Shown: in pieces, positions 37,001 to 48,749 of the stretch
Layout: each line of letters begins with the position of its first letter
How positions within the stretch are numbered: the stretch's first letter is position 1
From: Raillietiella orientalis
Lineage: Eukaryota
Assembly (NCBI GenBank): GCA_036172245.1
Contig: JAYWIR010000010.1
Span: forward strand, 1,240,001 to 1,304,000
Reading direction: 5' to 3'
Length of the DNA: 64,000 nt
Notes under the pieces: generated by a model
Database searches by the model: none
What the model was told of the DNA's origin: nothing
The model's input: only the letters and a program-made list of their open reading frames with translations
Made by a program: the position numbers and the translations under genes

Positions 37001-40000
37001 TCGCGCAGGGTAACCGCATTAACCTCTCCGAACGAAGGTGGCTCTGTTGGCCACGAAACCTTGATTCAGCTTTTTTGTAATAGGAGAATTCGCTGTTTCA
37101 CCAGAGATGTTAATCTCGAAGGTTGCATCTTTTGCGAGCAACTGTGCTTTTTTTTTTATCACTGCAGAGGACAATCGACTCGTACATTCGGTTACATCCA
37201 TTCTACTTCTCCTGATGGAGGATTTTACTTTCTTATCGGTTCATCTCAGCTTTCATAGAAGTCCATAATCTGCATTTCACCCTTGAAAATCTGCTTTCGT
37301 TGCAGCAGCATCTATTTTCGTGCTCTTGCAGACCTCGTGCAACTTTCAGTTCCCGACGTGTTTACTGCGTTCCCTTCGTCATCCTTCCGTCGGTTTCACG
37401 TCATGCCATTCGGATGTCCCGCACCAAAGTTCACCACCCAGTCTTGTACAGTGACAAGCCCTTCGATAGCCCTTACTAATTAATGGTTATTCTGGGGGGA
37501 AAGGGGGAGGAGCGAGGACTCGTTAATGTCAACAAAAAAAAAGAAGCTCGTAGTGGCCTCTTGGGAAGCGGTAAGAAATTTGCCACAGGAGTCGAGGGTG
37601 AAGGAAAACAAATGGCTTCCGATATGTTGGCCGAAATGCTTTTGAATTGCAGTACTTTCAGGCATCCGTGGTAATGATCGGTGAGTCAGAGATCTTTGCC
37701 CTCTGAATACTCCATCCAGCAGGCGACATGATAATTCGCTCCAGTGCTTAGCAATTGGTTTGTGTCATCAGCCACCTTGTTCGTAGTCGGAATTCCTCAC
37801 GATCCGTTTCCGATGCTCGCTTTCCGTAGTGCGTAACCAGCAATTTCCCCCCCCCCCCTTCTTATACATACGTTTATCTAAAGCAGATTTGGTTCTGCTG
37901 GTGAGTTTATCCGGTGAAGGGTCTGCGGAGGCTGTTGGCTTCACATTTTTGGCATCTTCGTCTAGAGCTGCCAAAACCAACCCTCTTGAAGCGCTGCTCG
38001 GAGCTGCTGAAGTGTCGCACGATTCGTGAAACCGAATCGTCAATGACTGCAATGCTGAAGACTTGTCCTTGGGACCTTTCATCAACAGCTCCATTTCGGC
38101 TCATGACGAGGCTAGAAATGCACGGATACTCCATGTTGCAGTCGCAAAAGCTTTATGCGGAGTCTTAAGCAAATAAACTCCAAAGCGTCCCTCATCGTGA
38201 AGCTTCGAGAAGACCTCGTGCTTCCTTTATTGATGTTTACCTTCATTTCAGTTTCTGGACATCTCTTGCCACGGGCTTTGTATCCCCGAAGTGCAAAGAA
38301 TTTCTGGGTTTCCCTTGCGTTTGTTCCCTTTAAAGGACCTTAGAAGGGTTCGGCACACTTGAGGAAACTGTCTTTCCTGTGGGAACAGTTCTTACGTTCA
38401 ATGGATTGGCAGAATTCTTTTCTTATCGACTCTTTTCGTTCAGCTTTATCGTCGAAACCACTGGTGCTTCCTGGCGCAGTTGATAGCGGTCCCTTCCCCC
38501 TACCGAGAGAGCAGGCTGCTTTCCCTAACGCTCTCCAAGTTAGGGATTTCTGTTTCCTGGAAGTGCCTTCTCCAGGGCGTGCAAGCGAGTTGCCTTTTGC
38601 GCCGTTTCTGTGCGTTCCCTTGACAGATGTCGATGCTTCATTCCTCTCTCCGGCACACGCAAGTGCACCCTTAAGCGGAGCATTCAGAAACTCCCACGAA
38701 TGGAATCCCCTTTCAGAGCGTTTCCTTGGTGATGCCTGCCACTTTGGAAATGGGGGGAGGAAAAAAACAGGGGAGGGAGTAGAACTGCGTAATTTCACCG
38801 CGCTAAATGGCAAACTATGCGCTCAACATCATTTGTGAGTTTTGATCAAGTGAGCTTCCATCTTCGTCAGCTTCATTCAAGTAGGCAACGACGCAGGTCA
38901 ACTGTTTCGAACGTCCAAAGGACACTTGGAGCACGTAACAGCGATGGCAAGGAAGAAACGGAAATCCTGGAAGACTGTGGGAACGAAGAAGCGGGAACCG
39001 ATGAAAATCAAGAACTGGATCCTGGGACTCGCGCAAACACCTCCTGTTTTTTTTTTTTTTTTCTTTCGCAGCAGATTCCCGATTCACCACGGGAGAGACG
39101 GGCCCGTCTTTCCCGAAGGGCGATCGATTGCCGGTATCGGCTCCTCCGGAGGGCGTTCATGAAGCAATGCCGGGATCGGGTAGGAATGGTTAGTGGCTGG
39201 GATGATACCGGTGACGCGATTGCCGATTTTTTTTTTTAAAAAAGAGAAAAGAACATGAGATGATGAGAAGGAACCTTCTCTTCCTATCGACATCACACCC
39301 TGTCCGATAATCTGCTAGGAGAAGATTTTTCACGCCTTGGAGTTTCTCCTGGGTTTTCATTTTCCCGAATCCTCCATCAGTTCCTTCCAGTGGGATCAGA
39401 ACACTCCCACGCATGCGTCCACCCGGCTTCCGGCAGTCTTCGTGTTTTGTTCCGCACACTCTTGATGGCATTCATTTTGAGAAGGAGCGCGTGAACAAAT
39501 GGAGCGGTGAACCCCACCACTTTCCTCCTCCAAGTCTCTATCCTGCCTGTCCTCTTCGACTCGGCCTCGTGACGAGGCTGTGATTTGAGGGGGAATTCTT
39601 TCATTACGGACGGTGCCCCACGAGGCTTCCAATAGCCTGGAGATATTTCTGGCCACACCGTTTCTTATTTGATGCGCACTCTGCCTGTCCCTCCAGAATT
39701 TTGAATTCCCACAACACTTTATCGTTTTCCTGGTTCCTAAATTCCGGAGGTTGCAACGACTGCTTTTTCAGGTCGCGAGCACCACTCCGGCGTTGAAGCG
39801 GAGAGTCAATCCTCCTCTGTATCTGTTCTCTTTCTGTCTTGCCACCCCCAACACCTGGTTGCTGGAATACTCAGAGGGCACGTGTCCTCTACGAGGATGA
39901 TCTTTCCCTCGCTCTGGGGCATTGGATCTGGCTTTCGCTCTGAACCCATTCCCAGGGCAGTTTGATGGGAAACCACCAGCTTCCAGTGTTTCATGTTGAC

Positions 40001-43000
40001 CCCTCCTGACCCGGGTCTTTGGTTCGCCGTGGTGCGACTGCTCACCCAGTGGATGAGTGCGTAAACAAGCAGAGCAATCGTTTTGTCTTTGCAGTCAGGG
40101 TTGGAATGGGCGCTCCTCCGTCCACTCATGCGCTCGCACATGTTACCCTGGGTCTTCTAGACTGTTTTGTCACATCACCAGACAACCTTCTTAATCATCC
40201 AGTCATGCAAACTTTTTGCGGTGACGATCTGAGAGTACTTTGCTGACGATCCCAACAGTCTAATTGGCGATGTGCAGCCGCTCTCGCGACCGTGTACAGC
40301 CGAAGAACACTCCTTTCTGGGTGTGTTGGTCAAGTTGTGTGCACCGCACTTTAGTTCCGCAGGGAGCGATGCACTGGAGATCTCACGATCAACAGTGCTA
40401 AGAGTAGCTGGCAACAGGTCCAAGAGAGCTTCCTCGCTGGAAACGCGGTTACCATTTGCACGATTGTCTTGTGTTTCGTCTTGTCTTGTGTGTTTGGTTT
40501 ATGTTCCTTTGTAAGGGATGTAAGCAAGCGCTTCCTGAAAATGCAACCTCTCCGATAGAACCGCGATCTGTTATTGTAAGGGTAAAGAAGAACCAACGAC
40601 TCCAGGGCTAGAGGGGGTGACCTCTACCCGTAGTTGTAGGCCTAACGCTCTTCCGTAATGCGCTGTCCCATCCAGAACTAACATGGGGAAGTTTCCAGTC
40701 TATTCCAAACGAATTTGCAAACATCTGGGATCGGGACGCTCCACGATGTCCTCACCCTTTCCCTTTGAGTAGAAAGCAGGACGACAGCGTGTTGCCGCTT
40801 TTCCTGGAGTAACCAGTTTGCTTCAGCAAACACTTGACCTCTGTTGCACGATCGGAAAAAAAAAGAAAAAGCGAATCTTCCTTTATTTTGCGTTTCAGAC
40901 GCCTGTCAGGCATATGGAACGAAGTCTCCGAGTGTTGTATGCAACACCTTAAACATCTATTCATAGTTTTTTTTCCCCCCTTTTCTTTAATAGCTAATTT
41001 CTCACCTCCTTTCATTGCAAAGAGCCGTCAGAATCAGAGGCGTTTATTGCAAGCCATGGGACTGGAGGAACCTTCGGCGACTGCACGGATCGCAGATCGG
41101 TCTTCAAACTCATGTCAGAAGGACATGAAATTTCCCTTTGCTTCTTACTTACTTCCCCTTTGAAGTTCTTGAAGAAGTGTACGCAGTAAGCGAAGAGTCA
41201 TGAATGCCCTTTTTTTTTGATGGGGGGGGGGGAATCTGCTTCGCGTTCTTCACTGCTCCACGTGCTTTGAAACTCGAGTTGGTGCGCGCGGTTGGATTCC
41301 TCAGCCCATCTCTTCCATCACCGTCAAACCTTGAAATTTCCTAGGTTTCATCCTCTCAGCAGCCGCATCCTCGTTTTCCTGATTTCCTCGGCTGGAAATT
41401 TATTCCGATGTTATGAAAGGAATCTGTAAAATGTATTGTTTGTCACCAAAAAGGAAAGAAAGAAAAAGAAAATTCCTAATGGAAGTTTTCCTGTAGATTC
41501 GCAAATTGGAGAGCCGTGTCAGCTGGAGAAACAGTGTTCTTTGAATGACGGGAACAGTTTCTGTAAATACGATATCCCCAAAGTGTACGGATCCTGCCGA
41601 TGCAAGCCGGGATTCCACCCAGCCAGCGGCAAATGCGCTCCTGAGCACCGAGCAAGTTAATCACTTTGCTAGTTTTGAAGAATAGAATTATTGATGTACT
41701 TCTCTGGTAGGAAATCTCGAAGAAGTGGTAACGATAGGGAAGTTGTGTCATTCTACAGCTGGGTGCCAAGCGGCTGATCCGAATTCCGTCTGCAGGAATG
41801 GAGTCTGTGATTGCATTGACGTTACTGGCAGATGCTCGGCGAACAGCACCGGTTGCCACCGCGACACGTTTCAGGTCACTAGTTACAGATTGAGAACGCC
41901 AGCGTCAGGCAGCTTGCGCGTGATGGCAACCTGAGATTCCACACTGTCTCTCGGACTGCTAAACTCCGCGATCCCCGCGGCTGCAGACGACTTTCCGCAG
42001 CCTCACAGCTGACGCGAGCGCGTTCCTCCGCGTATTCGGATGACCAGCCGGCGAGCGCATCTCATCCGGAACGTCGAAACTTGGCAGTTTCTGCTCAGGA
42101 CCAAGAAGAAACTTTTCCGTTGTTTGCGTTTTCCCACGTTGGATGGACATTTTCGGTTAAAGTAAAGAAATGCGGCGGTCGAATCGGCAAAGGAATTCTT
42201 TCGTTATTTGCTCATTAGTTGGAAAGCACCCGATGTTTGTTCTTCCTGAGGGATGTTGTTTTTTTTTTTTTCTGAGGCCACCAACCATTTAATGTACAAC
42301 TTCTTGGTCATCGGCGAAATGAGAACTGCAATATAAGATGCAGAAAAGCTTATAAGTAATGCTGGTAGCGTTGGTGCTAAAACACGCTTAAATTTATTTA
42401 ATTTACGCTTAAAGCATAATGCTGGAAGTAATGGCAGGCGATTGGACGCTGGTTGCCTTCGTGCTTATCTTAGGAAGCTATCATCTTCTAGATGCTTAAT
42501 GAATGTCGTCACCACTTCGATATTCACTGCTCCATGAGGTATTCCACTATGGAAACCTCTGGGCAAACTTTGACTTTAATGGTTAAAATGTATAAATTTT
42601 TGCCATTAACGCCAGTTAGCAGTCAGTAAATGGTCACTGATGCGATGAACCTTCACAGCAGCTGGAAAGTTCAGATGCATTCGAAACGGTCACTTCACAG
42701 CTCTCTCATGAGATGCGAAACTTCGATGAAAGCATGCCCGAACGAGCACAAGCATCAAGAATTAATTCGGATTTCATCTCCACATCATACTCAATTTTAT
42801 TTAATGTACGCTGAGAAGTTCCTTCTCGAGCGATTTCCGGAACGGAAACAGGTTTTGGTTTCATGTGGGCTGCCAGCTTACGTAATTGCATTGGTACTTT
42901 ACCTCCTAAGAAGACGAAGCTGTCGAACGTTCTTCGCTGATTGCCAACTCGCAAAAAAAAAAAAAAAATTAAAAACTTATGAACTTTTCAGTGTCGATCC

Positions 43001-46000
43001 GATGGCAGATGTCTAAGTTGGTTCTATTTATGTAATGGTGCTGCTGAATGTTGTGATAGAAGCGATGAGACCGAATGCAAACCTTATAAGTGTCCAGCTA
43101 ACACTTTCACGTGCAAGGATGGCACCTGTATCACCATGGCATGGTTGTGCGACGGGAAAGTCGATTGCCCCGGAGATCAGTCAGATGAAGAAGGATGTGC
43201 GATCTCTTCCATCACGTCCCGTGAGTACATGGCTTTTCCATTTTCGTTTCCTCGCTCGACTGAGGTGCCTGGCGTCGCCGTGCCACCATGTATTCCCCCG
43301 TGCATTAGTTGTTCGCGGAAGTTCGGAATGTCCCTCCGAACTTCATCCAGGAATGTGGACGGGGGAATTTCCATGGTTACGTGGGCAGGAACGTGAGATT
43401 CCACTCGCAGATGCCATTCTTGTTGCGTTGCATAGCTGCGAAAACGAATCTGACATCTGCAAAGAGTGAGAGAGCTTCGGTCCGTGCATCAGGGAGACGA
43501 GCACGAAGGAGAGCAAAGTGGTTCACGTTGCTGGGAGTTCTTTTGGAGCCGGAGGGCCGAATTGGCTCTTTGCGACGCTTCGTCATCTTTCGGAAAGACT
43601 CCTGTGATTGACACAGAGCTAACGTCAACGTTAGAACTTGCGACGGCACAGCAAACACTGATTGGACCTGGTGGGGAGTGACGAATCAGTGAGGCAAATC
43701 TTTTTCGTCACGGATTGCTGAGATTTGGAACCATTCCTGAGAAGCTACAAAAACAAAAAAAAAAAAAAGGAAAGAAAGAAAGAAAGAATCCTCTCTGCCT
43801 CGCATTCTATGACACTGCCCATAATCTTTCCATCTTTACGCAAGGCTTTCGTGAGACAGCGCGTTGCCCGTCAGATGACTGTTCCACTTGAAGTGCTCAT
43901 CCATTTTCTTCCTTAATCCTTTCACGAATGCCAGAGATGGGTTCCTTCTTCCGTGTCAAAAGTCTCCAATCGCAGGAAGCTACAGTTGCATCTGTGCCGG
44001 GATACCTCAAACGTTTTTTCCCTATCTATCAACCGAGATCAGACTCCACATTTAATCCGGGAATTCATTCAGTTGATGTAAATATCCAAAGTCCTCTCGC
44101 AAGGATTTCGGAAGTACTTTGTAGCCTGACATTTCCGTGTTTCAGATTTGGAGACGTAAATGAAAAAAAAAAAAAAAAATAGCTTTTTTGATTAATAGAG
44201 TGCGAAGTCTTTTTGTGTGATGGATGGCAAGAAATCTTGGCAACCGCCCCCTTGGGATGAATGTTCCTAGATTTCGAAGGATTCCCAGAACTCAGACAAG
44301 GATGCCTGAGAGCATGCGACTTGAGTGCAGGGTTCAGATCTGTACCTTTCAGAGCTTAGAATGTTTCGTGCGTCGTGCAATTTAGAACCAAGCGATACCC
44401 TATGCGATAGGCCGCAGCTTACCCACTAATCGATGGTGCTCCACTACTCACTATCGACGTACCGTCCCAGCTGAAGCGAGATGCGTCCTTCAAAAAACGC
44501 CGACTAATTCTTTCAAGGTGAGTGCGGCTCTCACTGTAAAACAGGGAACGCATTTCTAAAGGCTCATAAAGATGGTCAAAGAGGTATTTTGTATAGATCG
44601 ATGCACACCTGAGGATCTTAAGCACAAAAGGTTATCCCGTTCCGCTTCATGCTAAAACAGAACTTGGAGAAGTCTTCACGAAGAAGAACCGGCTCGGCGG
44701 AATCGGCTTCGTCCGTTGGTTTCGCTCCTGATGCTGAAATCACTAAGCGATAAATGAAGGCGATTTTCCACTTACCGGATCGGATCTCCATTTCTTAAAT
44801 AGGTCGGCCGGCCAATTAGCCGATGCTTACGGCGCTCTTTGAAAGCATCGCGGTTACAGGGAAATATTCGATAAATACGGATTGTTTGAGGTTCTTCATT
44901 AGATGTGAGGCAAAACCGAATCCCGGTCTTAATGAAACGCTCGCAACGGCCCCTGAGACTGCAATTTTGAAAACAAAGACGAAGGGACCCAGCGTGCTAA
45001 CGGCACCCTATGCGCAGGAGCGCTCTGAGCGCAAGTAGGCACGTGGTCGGATTGTTGCGGCACTTCCGCCCTAGTGTTTCATTATTCCGGAGTGGGTCAC
45101 TCCGGGATAATGAAATCGTGACCGAGGAAACAGCATCGCCGTTCGAGGAAAGATCTCTGAAGGAACTTGCGATTATCCTGAGGTAGTCTCGGGAGAGCGC
45201 AGCGTGACTCGTGACAGCCATCTCACAAAACCTTTCCCCGAGTGGGCACGTGATCGCGTAGGGTGCCCGAAGGACGGTCTTTTCTGCAAGGTCAGAGATC
45301 ATAAGTGGTGCTGACTGGATTCACGGCGAGACCGCCGCTATTGTTCCACTGCTGGTTCAAGATGAAAGCGTGGGACGGGATGGAAAGAGCAGGATTCTCT
45401 GCATCACGACGGTTCAAGACCTCGGATCTTCTCCCGTTCGTCAGGCGCGAAAGAGCTTCGAGTTTGGTTCTTAAATCAGTCCTGATGTAGCACTCTGGCT
45501 TTCCTCGTTTTTATCTTTCAAGTTAAAGAAGCCGATAAAGGAAAGAATTCCAATCTATCGTAAGATGGCATCACGAAAGCTGCACGAGTGGACGCAGAGC
45601 TTCTTCCTGCAAGCAGTATTTTGTCACGCATTTCAGCTGACGAAAAGCAGTCGTTCGAACCGAACCCCAGAGTTGGGTGCCGAGAAATGTTCTCGAATGC
45701 GCAGATCGTGATTGTTCGCCATTGCTCCAGAAAGTCAGCACAAAAAAGAAACATCTCGGTCAGGGTAGTGAATCGATTTGCACAGATTCAGTATCACAGG
45801 ATCAAGGTCCGTGGGTGCGAAGCAAGTGCATGCCTACTTGATGCGGCTCGTGAATGCGTGGAGAAAAACCGATGAACAACAAGAAATCGTCATCCTTGTG
45901 TGAGGGAATCATTCAAGGGACGCTACACTTAGGACGATTTCGGGAGTTTCCGGAAACAAGGAGTTGCTGGATTACTCGTAGAAGTACAAAGGCAGACTAA

Positions 46001-48749
46001 AATCCCAACGGTTCCTCTAATGTGGCCTCATCGAACCTTCGTTGGTTAGCTCACACCAGCACCAGCAAGCAATCCTTGATTCAAGTCGTTCGGATGCCAT
46101 CTTCCGTCCATCCTCGACAACTCATGTCTTCCCAGATCCTGGGGCCACTGAGTCAGTTGTTTACCTCATTTTTGTGTCAGAATGGACATTCATTCTTCGG
46201 ACTGCATTTTCCCCTTGTTTCTTCAGGACGGAGGAGTTGGCTCTCGAACAGGAAAATCTTGATTTTGGAGAAAATGAGTTTGAAGCCTGGAAGAACTGCT
46301 GACGGACAACTCAACAGCTCTTAGCGAGGACTCGGAATTTTCATTGCTGTCCTGATTCGTGTACAGGACAGTTTTTTTCAAAACGGAAACAAAAAGAAAA
46401 GAAAAGAAAAAAACATGGCACGCAGCAAAAATCAAGAGGGTCCGCGCACAGTGAAGAAAGGTCGCCTGAAGTACTCTGCGTGTCGCTCTGAGAGTCGTTC
46501 TTGGATCGAAACCGGCAAGGTCCTCTGGGACATTTCGTTGTTCTTCGAAGTAATCGCGGCATTTTGAAAAATAGTGATGGAATTGAAAACTGATAGAATG
46601 AGGCACGGAGAGCAGACGGATTAATGGGTAACCGACACGTTAGACACCAGATATCAGGATAATTTAATGATTGGCGTTTCGTCCTGTTAATGGCTGATTG
46701 CTAATGCAGTAAGAACTCAAATTCACTCTGGGGAAAACACCTAGCAGCGCACTGTGGGAAATGAGCTGCGCCAAAATTCGTCATCGGTCTACTTCACGCG
46801 GGCATTCGAGATAGAGCACCCGAAGTCCCACGTCCAACCTTCCGTTGGGCGCAGTCGTTATCTCCTGATCAAATCTGAGTAGCTGGAGATAATCTCAAAA
46901 CCCCTCCTCCTTGGTTGCACGTGGCAGTGTAAGACGAGATGCGTCTCCTCTTTGACATGATTTTTGAAAGAGAAAGAAAGTATGCTGCTTGTTTCAGAGA
47001 TTCCGATGACTCAGAAGGAAAAGGAAGGAAATGCGGTCATCCGCTTAACAGAAGCGTTATAAGCATAACGATAGCAAGAGGAAGAAATGTTCCTTTTACC
47101 ACCCTCAAGTCACACCAGAGGAGCAAGAAAAAATCACACACACATACTCAAATTAATCACTAGTGCGAACATACGGAGGCATCGACTCTGAGAAACTGGA
47201 GCCCTCTGCGTTCGGAGGCGGTCAAAAGTTCCACAGGCATCTCTTCCTGGTGGAAACAGCTTCCTCTAATTACGTTTTCATCTCTGTAGGCAATACCTCG
47301 AAAGTTTTTTTTTTGTCTGCAGACGTGAAATCGGATCGTCAGTTTTCGTTACAGCGAATCATCTGAAATTTTTTTAAACTGTTTCTCCCGTACTGGTTTG
47401 CTCATTGGTCCAGCTGTTTCAGACTGTCCTCCCGGGTCTTTCCGTTGTCGAAGTGGAAACTGCGTTCCGCCACACGCGTACTGCAACGGGATCATTGACT
47501 GTCCCGATGCTTCGGACGAACAAGAAAAGGACTGCATAAGAGGTCAACAAGAGCAAAACTGCCAATTTCGCTGCAGCAACGGCAGGTGCAGATCCTCAGC
47601 AATTCTGTGTTCAGGGAAAGACGGATGCGGGGACCTCTCGGACGAGGACAGCTGCCATGTTTGCAGTGAGTATTTCTGTTGGCAAAATCGTTTCCATGCT
47701 GGTCAAAGGAGCATGGAAAAGGGATTGCGTGTTCCTTGGATCCTGTTATTCTTGGCTGCTGCTTCCATGCAGTTTCACGTCTTTCAGTGCTTCCATAAGA
47801 GGACGAGCTCAGATACTCTGGCCGTACCGTTTTTCTGCTGACTGTCTGGCACCCTAGTCCTAACGCGACAATCGCTAGGTTCACTGTTTGGTTTCGGGAA
47901 TTGTGGGATGAAACTTAATTGTTCTGGATTGTCCCCATTTTATCGACTCTGTCAACTGGTGCACCAAGGGTTGTAGAGGAGCTGCCGTTGCAGGAATTAA
48001 TCTCATTCTCCGATGCAAATTTTGGCTCCTTTCCTCTGGTGTACTTTATCCAGTGGAAGTCAGTCGGGCAGGTTAAAGATCACTTTTAGCTATTGGCTCT
48101 ATGGCATTGTCTTGTAGATGGCCTCAGAATCATCTCCCCATCTTAAAGGAAGCTCCAGCGAACCTCGTTCTCCGAAATGCTCTGGCCTTTTCACTTTCAC
48201 GGTTCTTCGTTCCGTGATGCTTAAATGTTTATCAAGATCACCCCCGTACCTCTAGCATAAAGTTTTCTCGTGAGCAGATTTTGTAGCTTTCTTGGATTAC
48301 TCAGCTAGTTGAAACGCGTTCATAATTGTGCATGTACACAGTCACATGAATAAATGTGGCACGAGGCCACTGCTCCATTCAAAGTGCATGTCCACGTACT
48401 GAATGATGCTGATTACCACTAAGGAACGTTCCATCCTAACTGAACAGCTGCTTTAGTGCCATCCTCATTTAGAGGAAAGATCTCTCGAAAACGAGCTTAA
48501 TGGTTTCCTTCCTATTCGTAGTAATGAATCATAGATGTTTCGTCTACTACTTAAGTAATGAGTATTGCTAATCTTTGCGTAATGTTATGTGCTTCCGGCA
48601 AACAGTGATTGAGTATTACTGTGTGTATGTGTGTTGATCATGCAATCAATTTGTGAACTATTTTCAGAGAAAGATTTTTCATCGAATATTGTATTCTAGA
48701 GTGTCCATCCGTAAGCAGTATGGTTTTTCTTCAAACGAGCGTACAGTGA
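31085..48749 (+). CDS. Putative secreted cysteine-rich protein with 3 EB modules and 4 LDL-receptor class A repeats (~350 aa); exons 31085-31120 (tentative), 34558-34720, 41497-41655, 41711-41874, 42992-43220, 47414-47665, 48700-48749
   Basis: EB-like: LGFPCVVSAQC..SLCKDGVCQCQPG, IGEPCQLEKQC..SFC..GSCRCKPGF, IGKLCHSTAGC..NSVCRNGVCDC. LDLa: CHRDTFQCRSDGRC..DRSDETEC, CPANTFTCKDGTC..CDGKVDC..SDEEGC, CPPGSFRCRSGNC..DCPDASDE, CQFRCSNGRC..DLSDEDSC. All junctions are GT-AG and phase-compatible; AATAAA at ~48783. The first exon and the 34558 and 47414 acceptors are less certain, and extra exons are possible. Confidence 0.8.
31771..31796. repeat. (AC)13 microsatellite preceded by a short (GT)n run
   Basis: Directly visible. 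Confidence 0.9.
32300..33900 (-). mobile_element. Highly decayed LINE 5' part (gag-like knuckle remnants plus APE remnant) in intron 1 of the EB-LDLa gene
   Basis: CSCSSEEHKASS (~CxNC..H.A.S), ESRGFERK (~WNxRG), QNVAVVYPLE (~DVICLQE) and VVSLANLHP (~ITIxNIY.PP) occur in the expected order; weak similarity. Confidence 0.3.
35802..35950 (+). pseudogene. Frameshifted EB-module-like pseudo-exon inside an intron of the EB-LDLa gene
   Basis: MGASCPKFKCCRAKIWNGNSF in one frame continues as CFVRGICECSNGY in another; removing 11 nt restores an EB-like cysteine spacing. Confidence 0.35.
39900..40350 (-). mobile_element. Possible decayed RNase H fragment of a LINE
   Basis: KKVVW*CD (~VVIFxDS) followed by LIHWVSSRTTANQ (~WVPSH.GI.GNE); weak. 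Confidence 0.25.
44800..45700 (-). mobile_element. Decayed RNase H-bearing LINE 3' fragment (I/Nimb-like) in an intron of the EB-LDLa gene
   Basis: Ordered motifs SSASTRAAFVMP (~S.AAFVIP), TDLRTKLEAL (~AEL.AI..AL), AVTSHAAL (~WVPSH.GI), LLRIG (~RLRTG), FCLTSNEEPQTI (~C..C..PETI). Confidence 0.45.

Noticed and set aside
41652..41657. Apparent GC-AG donor (GCAAGT) in the EB-LDLa gene
   Set aside because: Phase-incompatible with the downstream acceptors; the canonical GT at 41656 gives the correct phase.
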